Counted from the first letter of the stretch, positions 26,937-37,044 are shown. The stretch is DNA of 64,000 nt from an uncultured Gammaproteobacteria bacterium (GCA_964552565.1 CAZKGL010000001.1:25875-89874), one strand, 5' to 3'. The notes: generated by a model not told the origin, from the sequence alone. A program made the numbers and translations.

Positions 26937-28202
26937 ATGCGCTCCTCCCAGTTGTTTGCGAAAACCTCGAAAACGGCGCCCGCGGATGCAGAAACCGCGA
27001 ATGCGAAGTACCTGACGCAAGGCGGCTTCGTCCATCAGGAAATGGCCGGCGTGTACTCGTGGCTCCCGCTCGGGTTGCGCGTGTTGCGCAAGGTCGAACA
27101 GATCGTCCGCGAGGAAATGAACCTGCTCGGGGCACAGGAGATCCTCATGTCCGCGCTCCAGCCTAAGGAAAATTGGTTGGTGACCGACCGTTGGGATTCG
27201 GTCGACGTCCTCTTCAAGGTGCCGAGCCAGACGGGGAAGGAGTATGCGCTTGGCCCGACGCACGAAGAGATTGTGACGCCGCTCGTCAAGGACTTCATCA
27301 CCTCGTACAAGGACTTGCCGGTTGCGGTGTACCAGATCCAGAACAAGTACCGTGACGAGCTCCGCGCAAAGAGCGGCGTACTCCGTGGCCGCGAGTTCGG
27401 CATGAAGGACCTCTATTCGTTCCATACGACCAAGGAGGACCTCGCCGCATTTTATGAGCGTGCAAAGGAAGCATATCTCCGCGTATTTTCGCGTTGTGGC
27501 ATGCAGGCGAAGGTGACCGAAGCGTCCGGCGGGTCGTTCTCGAAGAAGTTCTCCCATGAGTTCCAGATCGTCACCTCAGCCGGAGAAGACATGATCCTCG
27601 CCTGCCCGTCGTGTACATTTGCGCAGAACACGGAAGTCGCGACGCTGAAGGACGGCGACGCCTGCCCGCAATGCGGGTCGACCCTCGCCATGACAAAAGG
27701 CGCGGAAGCAGGGAATATCTTCGACCTCAACACGCGGTTCTCCGAGGCGTTCGAGTTCCTCTTTACTGACGAAGACGGCTCGCGGAAGCCGGTCATCATG
27801 GGCTGCTACGGCATCGGGACGACGCGGTTGGTCGGAACGGTGGTCGAGGCGTCGCATGACGATATGGGCATCATTTGGCCGAAGTCGGTCGCGCCGTTCC
27901 ATGTGCACCTGGTGTCGCTCGCGGGGAAGAAGGCCGGCGGGAACGTGGCCGAGGAAGCGCAAAAGCTGTACGACGCGCTGACGAAGGCGGGCGTCGAGGT
28001 GTTCTGGGACGACCGCGCGGACGCGTCCGCCGGTGAAAAGTTCGCGGACGCCGACCTGCTCGGCATGCCGCTGCGCCTCGTGGTGTCGGAAAAGACGCTG
28101 GCGGAAGGCGCGGTGGAGTGGAAGTTCCGCGCCGCGGCAGATGTGGAAAAGGTCCCGCTCGGCGATGTCGTCGCCAAGGCCGCTGCCTGGGTCCGCGAGT
28201 AA
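26937..28202 (+). CDS. proS: Proline--tRNA ligase (short form, no INS editing domain)
   Basis: LGPTHEE, KYRDELR..GVLRGREF, MGCYGIG. Confidence 0.95.
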   Translation: MRSSQLFAKTSKTAPADAETANAKYLTQGGFVHQEMAGVYSWLPLGLRVLRKVEQIVREEMNLLGAQEILMSALQPKENWLVTDRWDSVDVLFKVPSQTGKEYALGPTHEEIVTPLVKDFITSYKDLPVAVYQIQNKYRDELRAKSGVLRGREFGMKDLYSFHTTKEDLAAFYERAKEAYLRVFSRCGMQAKVTEASGGSFSKKFSHEFQIVTSAGEDMILACPSCTFAQNTEVATLKDGDACPQCGSTLAMTKGAEAGNIFDLNTRFSEAFEFLFTDEDGSRKPVIMGCYGIGTTRLVGTVVEASHDDMGIIWPKSVAPFHVHLVSLAGKKAGGNVAEEAQKLYDALTKAGVEVFWDDRADASAGEKFADADLLGMPLRLVVSEKTLAEGAVEWKFRAAADVEKVPLGDVVAKAAAWVRE

Positions 28203-28264
28203 CAATCTCATCCAAAAATGGTGAAGCCCCCGTCCGCACGATTGCGGATGGGGGCTTCGCGTCG

Positions 28265-28981
28265 TCACGGAAGGAACTTCCGGACGGTGACGGGGGACGG
28301 CAGGCCGGAGCGCCGGCGCTGCTTGTAGGTGTACATCTCGAGATCCGCGGCGCGGATCACGTCCTCGATGCTCGTCGACGTGCCGATCTGGTAGACGGCG
28401 GCGCCGACGCTCGAGTGGATCTCGATCTCCGCGTCCGGCACCGCGAGGCGCTCGTGGGCGAGGATGGTGAGGAGCCGGCGGCAGACCTTGCGGGCGATCC
28501 GCACGTCCGCCTTGCGCAGGAGGAGCGCGAACTCGTCGCCGCCGAGGCGCGCGGCCTCGTCGTCAGGACGGATGGCGCGGCGCATGGCGTCCGCGATCGC
28601 CTTGAGGAGCTCGTCGCCCTTCTTGTGGCCGAAGGTGTCGTTGACGTACTTCAGCCGGTCCGCATCGATCATGACGACCGCGAGCGACTGCTCGACGGGC
28701 GACAGGCGCGGGCGGCGGCTGTGCGGATGCTTCCCGAACCACTCGTCCTCGAGGCGGCGCATGAACTCCATGCGGCCCTTCTCGCGTTCGATGCGGTCCA
28801 TGAAAGCGTGCTTGTTGAGAAGGCCGGTGTCCGCGTCGATCTCGACCTTGAACTGGAGCTCGCGCACCTTGGCCTCGAGGGCCCGGCGCGCTTCGCGCTC
28901 CTCTTCGAGTTCACGTTCGAGCTTGAGGCGGGCTTCGCGCTCCGCTTTGACCTGCTCGCGCAGCTCGGCAAGTTCATCCAT
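28265..28981 (-). CDS. Diguanylate cyclase (coiled coil + GGDEF)
   Basis: DADTGLLN, DxDxLKYVNDTFGH, RPDD I-site, GGDEF. Confidence 0.92.
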   Translation of the reverse strand: MDELAELREQVKAEREARLKLERELEEEREARRALEAKVRELQFKVEIDADTGLLNKHAFMDRIEREKGRMEFMRRLEDEWFGKHPHSRRPRLSPVEQSLAVVMIDADRLKYVNDTFGHKKGDELLKAIADAMRRAIRPDDEAARLGGDEFALLLRKADVRIARKVCRRLLTILAHERLAVPDAEIEIHSSVGAAVYQIGTSTSIEDVIRAADLEMYTYKQRRRSGLPSPVTVRKFLP

Positions 28982-29166
28982 CGCGTACTCCTACGGTGGG
29001 GGTGCGTGCGTCTGCTGCACGCGACCGGATGAGGTGTTGTTGGCCGACGAGGTATCGACCACCCACCAAGTTATCACATCAGTACGCTTTTTGCAAGCGT
29101 TAGCCCCGTTTACTCGAAAACAACACAACACCCGGCTTCACGCCGGGTGTTGTGTTGTTCCTGATG

Positions 29167-29472
29167 TTAGGCTGTCGGGGCTGCGGCGACCTTCGGCTTT
29201 TTGAGCGCATCCTTGAGCGCCTTGCCGGCCTTGAACTTCGGGACACGGACGGCCGGGATCTGCATCTTTTCCGTCGGCTTCTGCGGGTTGACGCCCATGC
29301 GTGCCGAGCGGACCTTGCTTGAGAAGGTCCCGAAGCCTGCGATGGTCACTTCGTCCCCGTCGACCAAGGCCTGGGTCACGATCTCCTCGAACAGTTCGAC
29401 GAAATCCTCGCCGGTCTTCTTGGGGAGGTCGAGTTTCTCTGCAATGCGGAGTGCCAGTTCTGCCTTGTTCAT
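29167..29472 (-). CDS. hup: HU family DNA-binding protein
   Basis: MNKAEL, GFGTF, VNPQ, FKAGKALK. Confidence 0.93.
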   Translation of the reverse strand: MNKAELALRIAEKLDLPKKTGEDFVELFEEIVTQALVDGDEVTIAGFGTFSSKVRSARMGVNPQKPTEKMQIPAVRVPKFKAGKALKDALKKPKVAAAPTA

Positions 29473-29558
29473 AAAGGGTACGATTGGTTTGATGCTGCGA
29501 ATCTTAGCTAAGGTTCGCACAAGAGTCAAGTCCGGGCGGGGTGCGGGGACCCCGCCTA

Positions 29559-31088
29559 TTACCTCGCGTACTCAATGACGCGGGTTTCGCGGATAACCGT
29601 CACCCGGACCTCGCCAGGGTACTGGAGCTCGCTTTCGATCTTCTTTGCAACGTCTCGGGCCAGCTGGTACGCGGCATAATCGTCCACTTTGGTCGGTTCG
29701 ACGAACACGCGGACTTCGCGCCCGGCCTGGATGGCGTAGGCCTTCTCGACGCCCTCGAAGCTCGCGGCAGCCGCCTCAAGACCTTCCAGGCGCCGGATGT
29801 ACTCCTCGACCGAGTTGCGCCGTGCGCCGGGGCGGGCGCCCGAGATGGCGTCCGCAGCCTTCACGATGACGCCCTCGATGGTGCGCGGACGGTCTTCGTG
29901 GTGGGCGATGGACTGGTAGCACATCTCCTCCGGGAATCCGAACTTCTTCATGATGTTGTAGCCGATCTGCGGGTGCGCGCCCTGCATGTCGTGGTCGACC
30001 GCCTTGCCGATGTCGTGGAAGAGGCCGCCCTTCTTGCAGGCGAACGCGTCCATGCCGAGTTCTTCGGCAATCATGCCGGAGATGCGCGCCACCTCCATGG
30101 AGTGCTGGAGCACGTTCTGGCCGTAGCTCGTGCGGAACTTCAGTCGACCGAGGATGGAGACGAGCTTCGGGTCGATGGACGAGACCGGGATGCCGAGCTC
30201 GTACAACGCATCTTCACCGGCCTTCTTCATTTCCTTGGCGAGATCCTTTTTCGCCTCGTTCACCGCGTCTTCGATTTTTGCGGGCTGGATACGGCCGTCT
30301 TTCATGAGCATCTCGAGCGCGCGCTTTGCGACCTGGCGACGGACCGGGGAGAAGCCGCTGATGGTAATGGATTCCGGCGTGTCGTCGATGATGAACTCGC
30401 AGCCGGTCAAGTGCTCGAGCGCCTTGATGTTGCGGCCTTCCTTGCCGATAATGCGGCCCTTCATGTCGTCGCTCGGCAGCTGGACGAAGGTCGTCGTCGC
30501 GTCGACGACATGGCTCGACGCGAAACGCTGGATGGCGAGCGAGAGGATCTTGCGCGCCTTCGCCTCGACCTCCTCCTCGTTGTCCTGTTCCATCTTGCGC
30601 AAGCGGCTCATGAGGGCGTCTTTGCTCTCGCCCTCGACGCGTTCCATGAGCACGCGTTCCGCATCGGCCTTCGTGAGGCCGGCGATCTCCTGGAGCCGCG
30701 CCTCCGCGGCGGCCGCAAGTTCCTCAACCCTTGCGCGCATGCGGTCGAGCTCCGTCTTTTCGTGGTCGATCTTCGCCTTGCGGTTTTCAAACTCAAGGAG
30801 CGTCTTGTCGAACATCCGTTCGCGCTCCGCGAGCCGCAGCTGGGCGTCCTTCACCTCGCCGCGTTCCTTGTCGAGCTCGCGCTTGCCCTCCTCGACGACG
30901 GCGAGCGCTTTTTCTTTTGCCTGCAGGATAATTTCCTGCTCCTTCGTTTTGGCTTCCTGGATGATCTTCTCCGCGCGCTGTTCGGCGGTCCCCATCTTGT
31001 TCTGGGTGAGGAGCCGACGGAGCACGAAGCCGATCACGCCGCCAAGTGCGATGCCGGCAACCGCGGCAAGCACAAGCATGGTGTCCAT
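29559..31088 (-). CDS. rny: Ribonuclease Y
   Basis: TM, coiled coil, KH (KGRIIGKEGRNI), HD (FHDIGK), AIQAGRE. Confidence 0.97.
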   Translation of the reverse strand: MDTMLVLAAVAGIALGGVIGFVLRRLLTQNKMGTAEQRAEKIIQEAKTKEQEIILQAKEKALAVVEEGKRELDKERGEVKDAQLRLAERERMFDKTLLEFENRKAKIDHEKTELDRMRARVEELAAAAEARLQEIAGLTKADAERVLMERVEGESKDALMSRLRKMEQDNEEEVEAKARKILSLAIQRFASSHVVDATTTFVQLPSDDMKGRIIGKEGRNIKALEHLTGCEFIIDDTPESITISGFSPVRRQVAKRALEMLMKDGRIQPAKIEDAVNEAKKDLAKEMKKAGEDALYELGIPVSSIDPKLVSILGRLKFRTSYGQNVLQHSMEVARISGMIAEELGMDAFACKKGGLFHDIGKAVDHDMQGAHPQIGYNIMKKFGFPEEMCYQSIAHHEDRPRTIEGVIVKAADAISGARPGARRNSVEEYIRRLEGLEAAAASFEGVEKAYAIQAGREVRVFVEPTKVDDYAAYQLARDVAKKIESELQYPGEVRVTVIRETRVIEYAR

Positions 31089-31238
31089 ATCGTGAACGGC
31101 CGGAAGTTGCGGAAAAACGCGCGGTGTTACCGCGTGCAAGGGGTTTGGATGCGCATGCTGCGCGCATCGACGCTATTGCAACCGGGAAAAATCGACATAT
31201 CGTCCGTACCAACCGTGCGTTTCCGAACCATCCGAGCA

Positions 31239-31949
31239 TCAAGACTTACGCTCCGACGGTATCATGGTGGCTCGACAGCAGTCAATCCAGTTTTGCGGCG
31301 AACATTCGTCGATTTTCTTTGCTTCTTCCACGGAAAACGGACCGACCTTCGTACGCCGGAGTGCGGGAAGGTAGCCGACAGTCCCGAGCGCGGCGCCGAG
31401 GTCGCGGGCGAGGGCGCGGACATACGTGCCGGACGAGCAGCGGATGCGGCACGTGATGGTGCATGGGGTATGGTGGATGGTGGAGGGGTCGGAAAGGAGG
31501 GCGAACTCGTACACCGTGACCGGCCGCGGTTCGCGGACGATCTCTTTTCCTTGGCGGGCGAGCTCGTACAATTTTTTTCCCCCGACTTTGATGGCGGCGT
31601 GCATGGGAGGGATCTGGAGGAGGGGGCCGGTCAGCGATTGCATCGCCTCAACCACCAGGGCACTCGACAACTCGACCGCTGGCCCGTCCGTCACCTTGCC
31701 CTCCGGGTCGAGCGTCGTCGACGTCTGGCCGAGGCGGATGTCGGCGACATATTCTTTGTCGAGCCCGACGAAGTGCTGGAGTTCACGAGTCGATTCACGG
31801 CCGACGGCCACAAGCAAGAGTCCGGTCGCGAACGGGTCGAGCGTCCCTGCGTGGCCGATCGTCCGCTCGCCGGTGATGCGCCGCAGCCGGTCAATAACGT
31901 CGTGCGACGTCATGCCGGACGGCTTGTCGATGAGGAGCAGACGTTGCAT
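31239..31949 (-). CDS. truB: tRNA pseudouridine(55) synthase
   Basis: DKPSGMTSHD, GHAGTLDPFATG, SSGTYVR. Confidence 0.96.
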   Translation of the reverse strand: MQRLLLIDKPSGMTSHDVIDRLRRITGERTIGHAGTLDPFATGLLLVAVGRESTRELQHFVGLDKEYVADIRLGQTSTTLDPEGKVTDGPAVELSSALVVEAMQSLTGPLLQIPPMHAAIKVGGKKLYELARQGKEIVREPRPVTVYEFALLSDPSTIHHTPCTITCRIRCSSGTYVRALARDLGAALGTVGYLPALRRTKVGPFSVEEAKKIDECSPQNWIDCCRATMIPSERKS

Positions 31950-31951
31950 AG

Positions 31952-32455
31952 CTAGCGCTTCATGTTGACCACGGTCGTGACCGATCCATTCGGCACGAAC
32001 ACCGTGTTGCCGTCCTTGTCCCGGAGTACGGTGGAGCGGATGCTGAGCGACTCCACGACGCCTTCGTAGCCGCCGATCTTCACTTCGTCACCGACGCCGT
32101 ATTGGTTTTCAGCAATGAGAAAAAGTCCCGAGATGAAATCCTTTACCAGCGCCTGCGCGCCAAAACCGATGGCGAGCCCGACGACGCCGGCGCTCGCAAT
32201 AATGGGCGTGGGATCGATATCGAACAGACGGAGGATCCAAAACGCGACGATGATAAGGAGGACGGCGTGGAGCACGTCGTGGATGAGGCGGGCGACGGTC
32301 TTCGCGCGCGTGCTCCGGCCGCGTGACGCGCCGTGTTCTGCCGCGCGCCGGCCGATTTTCCGTGCGTAGAGCGCAAGGGCGACGTGGCCGACCAGGTAGA
32401 CGGTCACGATGATGACGACATCGCGCAGGTGCGACGTGATGAACTCGAGAATCAT
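31952..32455 (-). CDS. Small-conductance mechanosensitive channel family protein
   Basis: GLAIGFGAQ..KDFISG, VGD, VPNG. Confidence 0.9.
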   Translation of the reverse strand: MILEFITSHLRDVVIIVTVYLVGHVALALYARKIGRRAAEHGASRGRSTRAKTVARLIHDVLHAVLLIIVAFWILRLFDIDPTPIIASAGVVGLAIGFGAQALVKDFISGLFLIAENQYGVGDEVKIGGYEGVVESLSIRSTVLRDKDGNTVFVPNGSVTTVVNMKR

Positions 32456-32502
32456 AGGCGGTGTGTAAGGGGATCCTACCCGGGCGACGGATGGCGTACA
32501 AC

Positions 32503-33309
32503 CTAGCGCCTCGCGCCAACGACGGAGGCAAGGAGGAACAGGAGCGCGGCGGCGAGCACGATGCAGGCGCCGGTCGGGCGGTTGCCCGCGGCCGAGACGA
32601 CAATACCCACGACGACGGCGGCCTCGGCGATGATGATGGACAGGGCGAGGTACTGCCGCATCGACCCGGCAAGGAGCCGCGCCGCGGCGGTTGGGATGAT
32701 GAGGAGCGCGGAGACGAGGATGATGCCGAGCATTTTGACGCCGAGCACGACGCCGATGGCGAGCATGACGTACAAGAGGAGTGTGACGCGCCCGGTCGCA
32801 ATGCCGTGGACGCGGGCGGTTTCATCGTTCAGGATTGCGAGCACGATGGGGCGGTACGCCGCAGCGAGGACGGCGCAGAGGACGACGAGCGCGGCGGCGA
32901 GGATGATGACGTCCTGCCAGGTGACGCCGAGGATGCTGCCAAACAAGTACGTCAACAGTTCCGGCTGGTAGCCCTGCGTAAAACTCATGAGGATGATGCC
33001 GAGCGCCATGCTTGCGGTGAACAGGATGCCGATCGCAGAATCGCTTGGCAGTTTTGTCGTGCGTTCAAGCACAAAGATTGCGCACGCAACGCCGATGCCC
33101 CACAGGAGCGCGACGGGGAGCGGGGCGATGCCGGCGAGGACCGCGACGGCGATGCCGGCCAACGAGGCATGCGCAATGCCTTCACCGAAGAACGCCATGC
33201 GCCGCAAGGTCGCAAACGCGCCGAGCGCGGCGAGTATGGCGCCAAGGAGCGCGCCGGCAAGGAGCGCGCGTACCATGAAGGGCTGGCTGAGGAGGTCGGT
33301 GAGCGCCAT
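32503..33309 (-). CDS. znuB: Zn/Mn ABC transporter permease
   Basis: AHASLAG, YLFGSIL, GIILV motifs. Confidence 0.88.
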   Translation of the reverse strand: MALTDLLSQPFMVRALLAGALLGAILAALGAFATLRRMAFFGEGIAHASLAGIAVAVLAGIAPLPVALLWGIGVACAIFVLERTTKLPSDSAIGILFTASMALGIILMSFTQGYQPELLTYLFGSILGVTWQDVIILAAALVVLCAVLAAAYRPIVLAILNDETARVHGIATGRVTLLLYVMLAIGVVLGVKMLGIILVSALLIIPTAAARLLAGSMRQYLALSIIIAEAAVVVGIVVSAAGNRPTGACIVLAAALLFLLASVVGARR

Positions 33310-33312
33310 ACG

Positions 33313-34053
33313 TTAGCCGTGGCTATGGTCGTGGTGGAGGGACTTCGCCCGGCTGCCGTAGAGCTCGGCCAACCGCTTGGGCGTCAGCGCCCTTTCGGGC
33401 GTCCCGACGCACACGAGCCGGCGGTTGACCGCGACGACGTGGTCGACGATGTCCGCGAGCATGGAGAGGTCATGCGACACAAGGACGATGGTCGTGCCAT
33501 GGGTTTCATTGAGGTGCGCAAGGACGTCGTACAGCGCCGCTTCGCCCGCGACGTCAATGCCGGTCGACGGCTCGTCGAGGAAAAGGAGCGCAGGGTTGTT
33601 GATGATCGCCTGGGCGATGAGCACGCGCTGGAGCTGGCCGCCGGAGAGCGTCCCGAGCGTTTTTGCGAGGATGGGTTTTTGCAAGCCGACCTCACGGATG
33701 ATGTGTTCGGGCGTTTCGCCGCCCTTGCGGCGGTACAGCGTGAGGAACTCACCGACGGTCATGGGGAAGGTGCGGTCGAAGTCGAACCGCTGCGGCACGT
33801 AACCGATGCGGTCGTGGGCCTTGCGGATCGCCTCGCCGAACACGGCGACGGTGCCTTTGTGCGGCACAAGCCCGAGCATGGCTCTGAGCAGCGTCGTTTT
33901 GCCCGAACCGTTCGGCCCGATAATCGCGGTGATGCTCCCCCGGGGGATATCGAACGACACGTCATCGAGTACGGCGACGTCGCCGTACGTGACGCTGAGC
34001 CCGTCCACGCAGATGGCCGGAGCGTTATTGGTTTTCGCTGATGCGGCGCGCAT
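33313..34053 (-). CDS. znuC: Zn/Mn ABC transporter ATPase
   Basis: GPNGSGKT, YVPQ, LSGGQ, DEP, His-rich tail. Confidence 0.88.
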   Translation of the reverse strand: MRAASAKTNNAPAICVDGLSVTYGDVAVLDDVSFDIPRGSITAIIGPNGSGKTTLLRAMLGLVPHKGTVAVFGEAIRKAHDRIGYVPQRFDFDRTFPMTVGEFLTLYRRKGGETPEHIIREVGLQKPILAKTLGTLSGGQLQRVLIAQAIINNPALLFLDEPSTGIDVAGEAALYDVLAHLNETHGTTIVLVSHDLSMLADIVDHVVAVNRRLVCVGTPERALTPKRLAELYGSRAKSLHHDHSHG

Positions 34054-34894
34054 TGCCGAGTATGAGGTCGATATAGGTCTCGTATTCACCGCTTGTCCCT
34101 TCCGCGTCGAGCGTCACGAGCGTCAGGTTGTGGTCCGTGGCGAACGCTTCGACCGCCGCTTCACTCTCACCGGCATCGACGTAGAGCGTCGTTACCTCGT
34201 ATTCGGCCATGGTTTCTGCCAACGTTGCGAGGTCTTCGGGGGTCGGTTCACGCCCGCTCGACGGTTCGTACGTCCCGATGATGTCGAGACCGTACGCATC
34301 AGCGAAATAATACCACGCGTCGTGCTGCGTGATGATGTGGGTGTTCTCGACCTGGCTCATGAGTCGCTCGATCTCCGCCTGCGTATCGTTTAAGCGTCCG
34401 AGGTATGCGCCGAGGTTTGCGCGAAAGACTTGCGCGTACTCCGGGAAGCGGCCGGATAGGTCTTTTTCGGCGAGTTCCGCCATGCGCTTCGCATTTTCGA
34501 TCGTCAGCCAATAATGCGGATCCACATTGCCGTCCTCGTCGATGCGGAGCGGGATGTCGGCGGAGAGCGTCGTCATGTCGGTAAGCGCGTTGATGATCGA
34601 CTTCGTCCAGTCGTCGACGCCATAGCCGATGGTGTAGAGCACCTCCGCGCCCTCGAGTTGCGCAACCGTGTCCGGCGTCGGCTCGAAGGTGTGGGGATTT
34701 GCGCCAGGCGGCATGAGCATGACGACGTTCAGCCGGTCGCCCGCAACGGTGCGGACAATGTCGTACACGGGGAACATGCTCGTCGCGACGCGAGGACGGG
34801 CATCTTCCGGCTCGGAACGGTTGACGAGCGCCGTCAGCCCGAGGCTCGCGGCGATAAGGAGGAGGACGGCGATGAGGAATACGCGGGTACGCAT
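34025..34894 (-). CDS. znuA: Zn/Mn ABC transporter substrate-binding protein
   Basis: NPHTFEP, DPHYWL, HDAWYYF. Confidence 0.88.
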   Translation of the reverse strand: MRTRVFLIAVLLLIAASLGLTALVNRSEPEDARPRVATSMFPVYDIVRTVAGDRLNVVMLMPPGANPHTFEPTPDTVAQLEGAEVLYTIGYGVDDWTKSIINALTDMTTLSADIPLRIDEDGNVDPHYWLTIENAKRMAELAEKDLSGRFPEYAQVFRANLGAYLGRLNDTQAEIERLMSQVENTHIITQHDAWYYFADAYGLDIIGTYEPSSGREPTPEDLATLAETMAEYEVTTLYVDAGESEAAVEAFATDHNLTLVTLDAEGTSGEYETYIDLILGNARRISENQ

Positions 34895-34898
34895 AACA

Positions 34899-35264
34899 TT
34901 ATGATGCACAGGATGCGCACAGGCCGCTCAAGGAGAGGGTGTGCGATTGCAATTTGGGGACGGGGCAGGGGAGGCAGGAGGTGACGTGGCACTTCGTGCA
35001 CGCGAGGTGGTCGTGGTGCGGCTGGTCGGCGCGTTCGAAGTGCGTGTGCCCGTCCTGCGCAGCAACGGGGACGATGATGCCCTCTTGGATGAGGAGGCGG
35101 AGCGTCCTGTAGATCGTATTTTGCCCGACATCGTGCAGCCGCTTCCGTAGTGCCCGTGCACACCAAAGCCGCGGTTCATGGAATAACTCGATAATGCGAT
35201 GCCGGGGGTGTGTTTTTTTGAGACCCCGGTCGTGGAGGGCATCGTCGATTGCGCAGTGGTGCAT
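34899..35264 (-). CDS. Fur/Zur family transcriptional regulator
   Basis: TIYRTL, HHDHLACTKC, C-terminal CASC; heads the znu operon. Confidence 0.88.
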   Translation of the reverse strand: MHHCAIDDALHDRGLKKTHPRHRIIELFHEPRLWCARALRKRLHDVGQNTIYRTLRLLIQEGIIVPVAAQDGHTHFERADQPHHDHLACTKCHVTSCLPCPVPKLQSHTLSLSGLCASCAS

Positions 35265-35269
35265 AGGCT

Positions 35270-35328
35270 AAGTGGTAATGAATTACCATTTGGAAGTACA
35301 TTACCATTTGGAAACTGATTGTCAATTT
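35270..35328. promoter_or_regulatory. Putative tandem Zur/Fur boxes
   Basis: TGGTAAT-GA-ATTACCA palindrome; ATTACCATTTGGAA repeated at 18-nt spacing between divergent genes. Confidence 0.65.
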
Positions 35329-35359
35329 CGCCTTCACGCAATGCTATACTATACCGTAT

Positions 35360-36481
35360 ATGCGCCGTTTCCTCAGTTTTTTGGGGCTCGTTCTTTTTGC
35401 CTTGGCAATGCCTTTTGTTGCGATCGGCCGGGAAGAGCCGCCCGCGGGGAGCCGGGAGGTTGAGGCGGAGATCGTCGAAATCATCGACGACGCCTATCAG
35501 GACGGCATCCGGAGCATCGAGTTTTACGCCGACGGGGAGGACGGGCAGCGGTACCGCGTGAACACGCTCAACTCGTTCACCGAAGGGATGCAGTTCAACC
35601 TCGAGCCCGGCGACCGCGTCATCCTTTCCCTCATCAGCGACGGCTACGGCAACACGACCGCCTATCTCGCCGACGTCGTGCGGACGGGCGCGCTCGTGTG
35701 GATCGCGCTCTTCTTTGCCATCATCACCATCGCGGTGGGGTTGCGCCGCGGCGTGTTCGCGCTCGTCGGATTTGCTGCGACCATCGGCATCCTCTTCTGG
35801 TTCGTATTTCCGCGCATCCTTGGCGGCGCCGACCCGGTGTTCACGACCGCGGCTGCGGCGATCCTCATCCTCGCCATCAACCTCTCGCTCTCCCACGGCC
35901 TCACCCGGAACACTGCGGTCGCGTTCGGCGGGACGGCGTTTGGCGTCGTCCTGGCGTGGGTCCTCTCTGCCGCATTCGTCGCGTTCGCCAAACTTTCCGG
36001 GCTTTCAAGCGAAGAGGCGACCTTCCTGTACTGGCAGTTCGGCGGCCTCGCGTCGCCGGCGGGGCTCCTCCTTGCGGGCATCATCCTCGGCGCGGTCGGC
36101 GTGCTCGATGACATCGCCATCACACAATGCGAAACCGTTGCGGAACTCAAAGCTGCCAATCCGCGGTTCACGCGCCGCGAGCTGTTTGTCCGCGCCATGC
36201 GCGTCGGGCGCCACCACATCGCGTCGACGGTCAACACGCTCGTCCTCGCGTACGTCGGCTCTGCCTTGCCCCTCTTCCTCATTTTCCTCGCCGACCACAA
36301 CGTCAGCCTGTGGCGGTTCCTCAATACCGAGGCGGTCGCCGAAGAGGTGGTCCGGACGTTGGCCGGTACGTCGGCCCTCGTGCTGACCGTGCCGCTGACG
36401 ACGTTCCTGGCCGCGATGGTCTGGTCGAACGCGAAGGCGCGCGATGTGCATGAATTCCGGGACGGCGAACACAAGGCCTAG
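35360..36481 (+). CDS. YibE/F family membrane protein
   Basis: GVLDDIAITQ, GRHHIASTVNTL..AY.G, EEVVRTL. Confidence 0.9.
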   Translation: MRRFLSFLGLVLFALAMPFVAIGREEPPAGSREVEAEIVEIIDDAYQDGIRSIEFYADGEDGQRYRVNTLNSFTEGMQFNLEPGDRVILSLISDGYGNTTAYLADVVRTGALVWIALFFAIITIAVGLRRGVFALVGFAATIGILFWFVFPRILGGADPVFTTAAAAILILAINLSLSHGLTRNTAVAFGGTAFGVVLAWVLSAAFVAFAKLSGLSSEEATFLYWQFGGLASPAGLLLAGIILGAVGVLDDIAITQCETVAELKAANPRFTRRELFVRAMRVGRHHIASTVNTLVLAYVGSALPLFLIFLADHNVSLWRFLNTEAVAEEVVRTLAGTSALVLTVPLTTFLAAMVWSNAKARDVHEFRDGEHKA

Positions 36482-36496
36482 GTATACTGTCGACGT

Positions 36497-37000
36497 ATGG
36501 CGTACGGCTACATGGGAAAATCCACGCTCGATGTCGTGACATCCGTTGCCGCGGTGATGTTTCTTGTCGCGGCCGTCGCGGCGAGTGTCGGGCCGGCGCG
36601 TGCCCTTGCGCAGAAGCAGGACGAGGCGCGCATCGACGGAGTGCGCAACATCATGGAAGCCATCCTGGAACTGCAAACGGTCGACCCCGAACGCGTCGAT
36701 GAGCTGCGTGAAGCGGCGGAAGCGTCCGGTGCGCCGCCGCGCGTCATGGTCGGCAGCGCGGATGACTGCTCGGGCGACTGGGGCGTTCAGTGCGGCGATG
36801 CGGTTCTTGCCGACCATTGTCTCGATGTCGATCCCTATCTTAGCGACTACCTCGGCGACGCGCCTTTCGACGGGAGCGACAGTCGGTACAGCGAACGGCA
36901 GTCGGGGTACTACATCGATTTCAGCCCCGGCGTCCTCGAAGTCGGCGCGTGCGACCCCGGCGCGCAAGAGGAGATCCGATTGGAACGGACGTTTTTCTAA
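36497..37000 (+). CDS. Pilin-like/secreted hypothetical protein
   Basis: N-terminal hydrophobic helix, DxxRxxxV helix, paired cysteines. Confidence 0.55.
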   Translation: MAYGYMGKSTLDVVTSVAAVMFLVAAVAASVGPARALAQKQDEARIDGVRNIMEAILELQTVDPERVDELREAAEASGAPPRVMVGSADDCSGDWGVQCGDAVLADHCLDVDPYLSDYLGDAPFDGSDSRYSERQSGYYIDFSPGVLEVGACDPGAQEEIRLERTFF

Positions 37001-37044
37001 ACAAAACAGTCGCAGCGCCTCCCGGGAGCGGGGGCGCTGCTGCG

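Noticed and set aside
26937-28202. ProRS lacking the editing domain
   Set aside because: Short ProRS forms are widespread; not novel by itself
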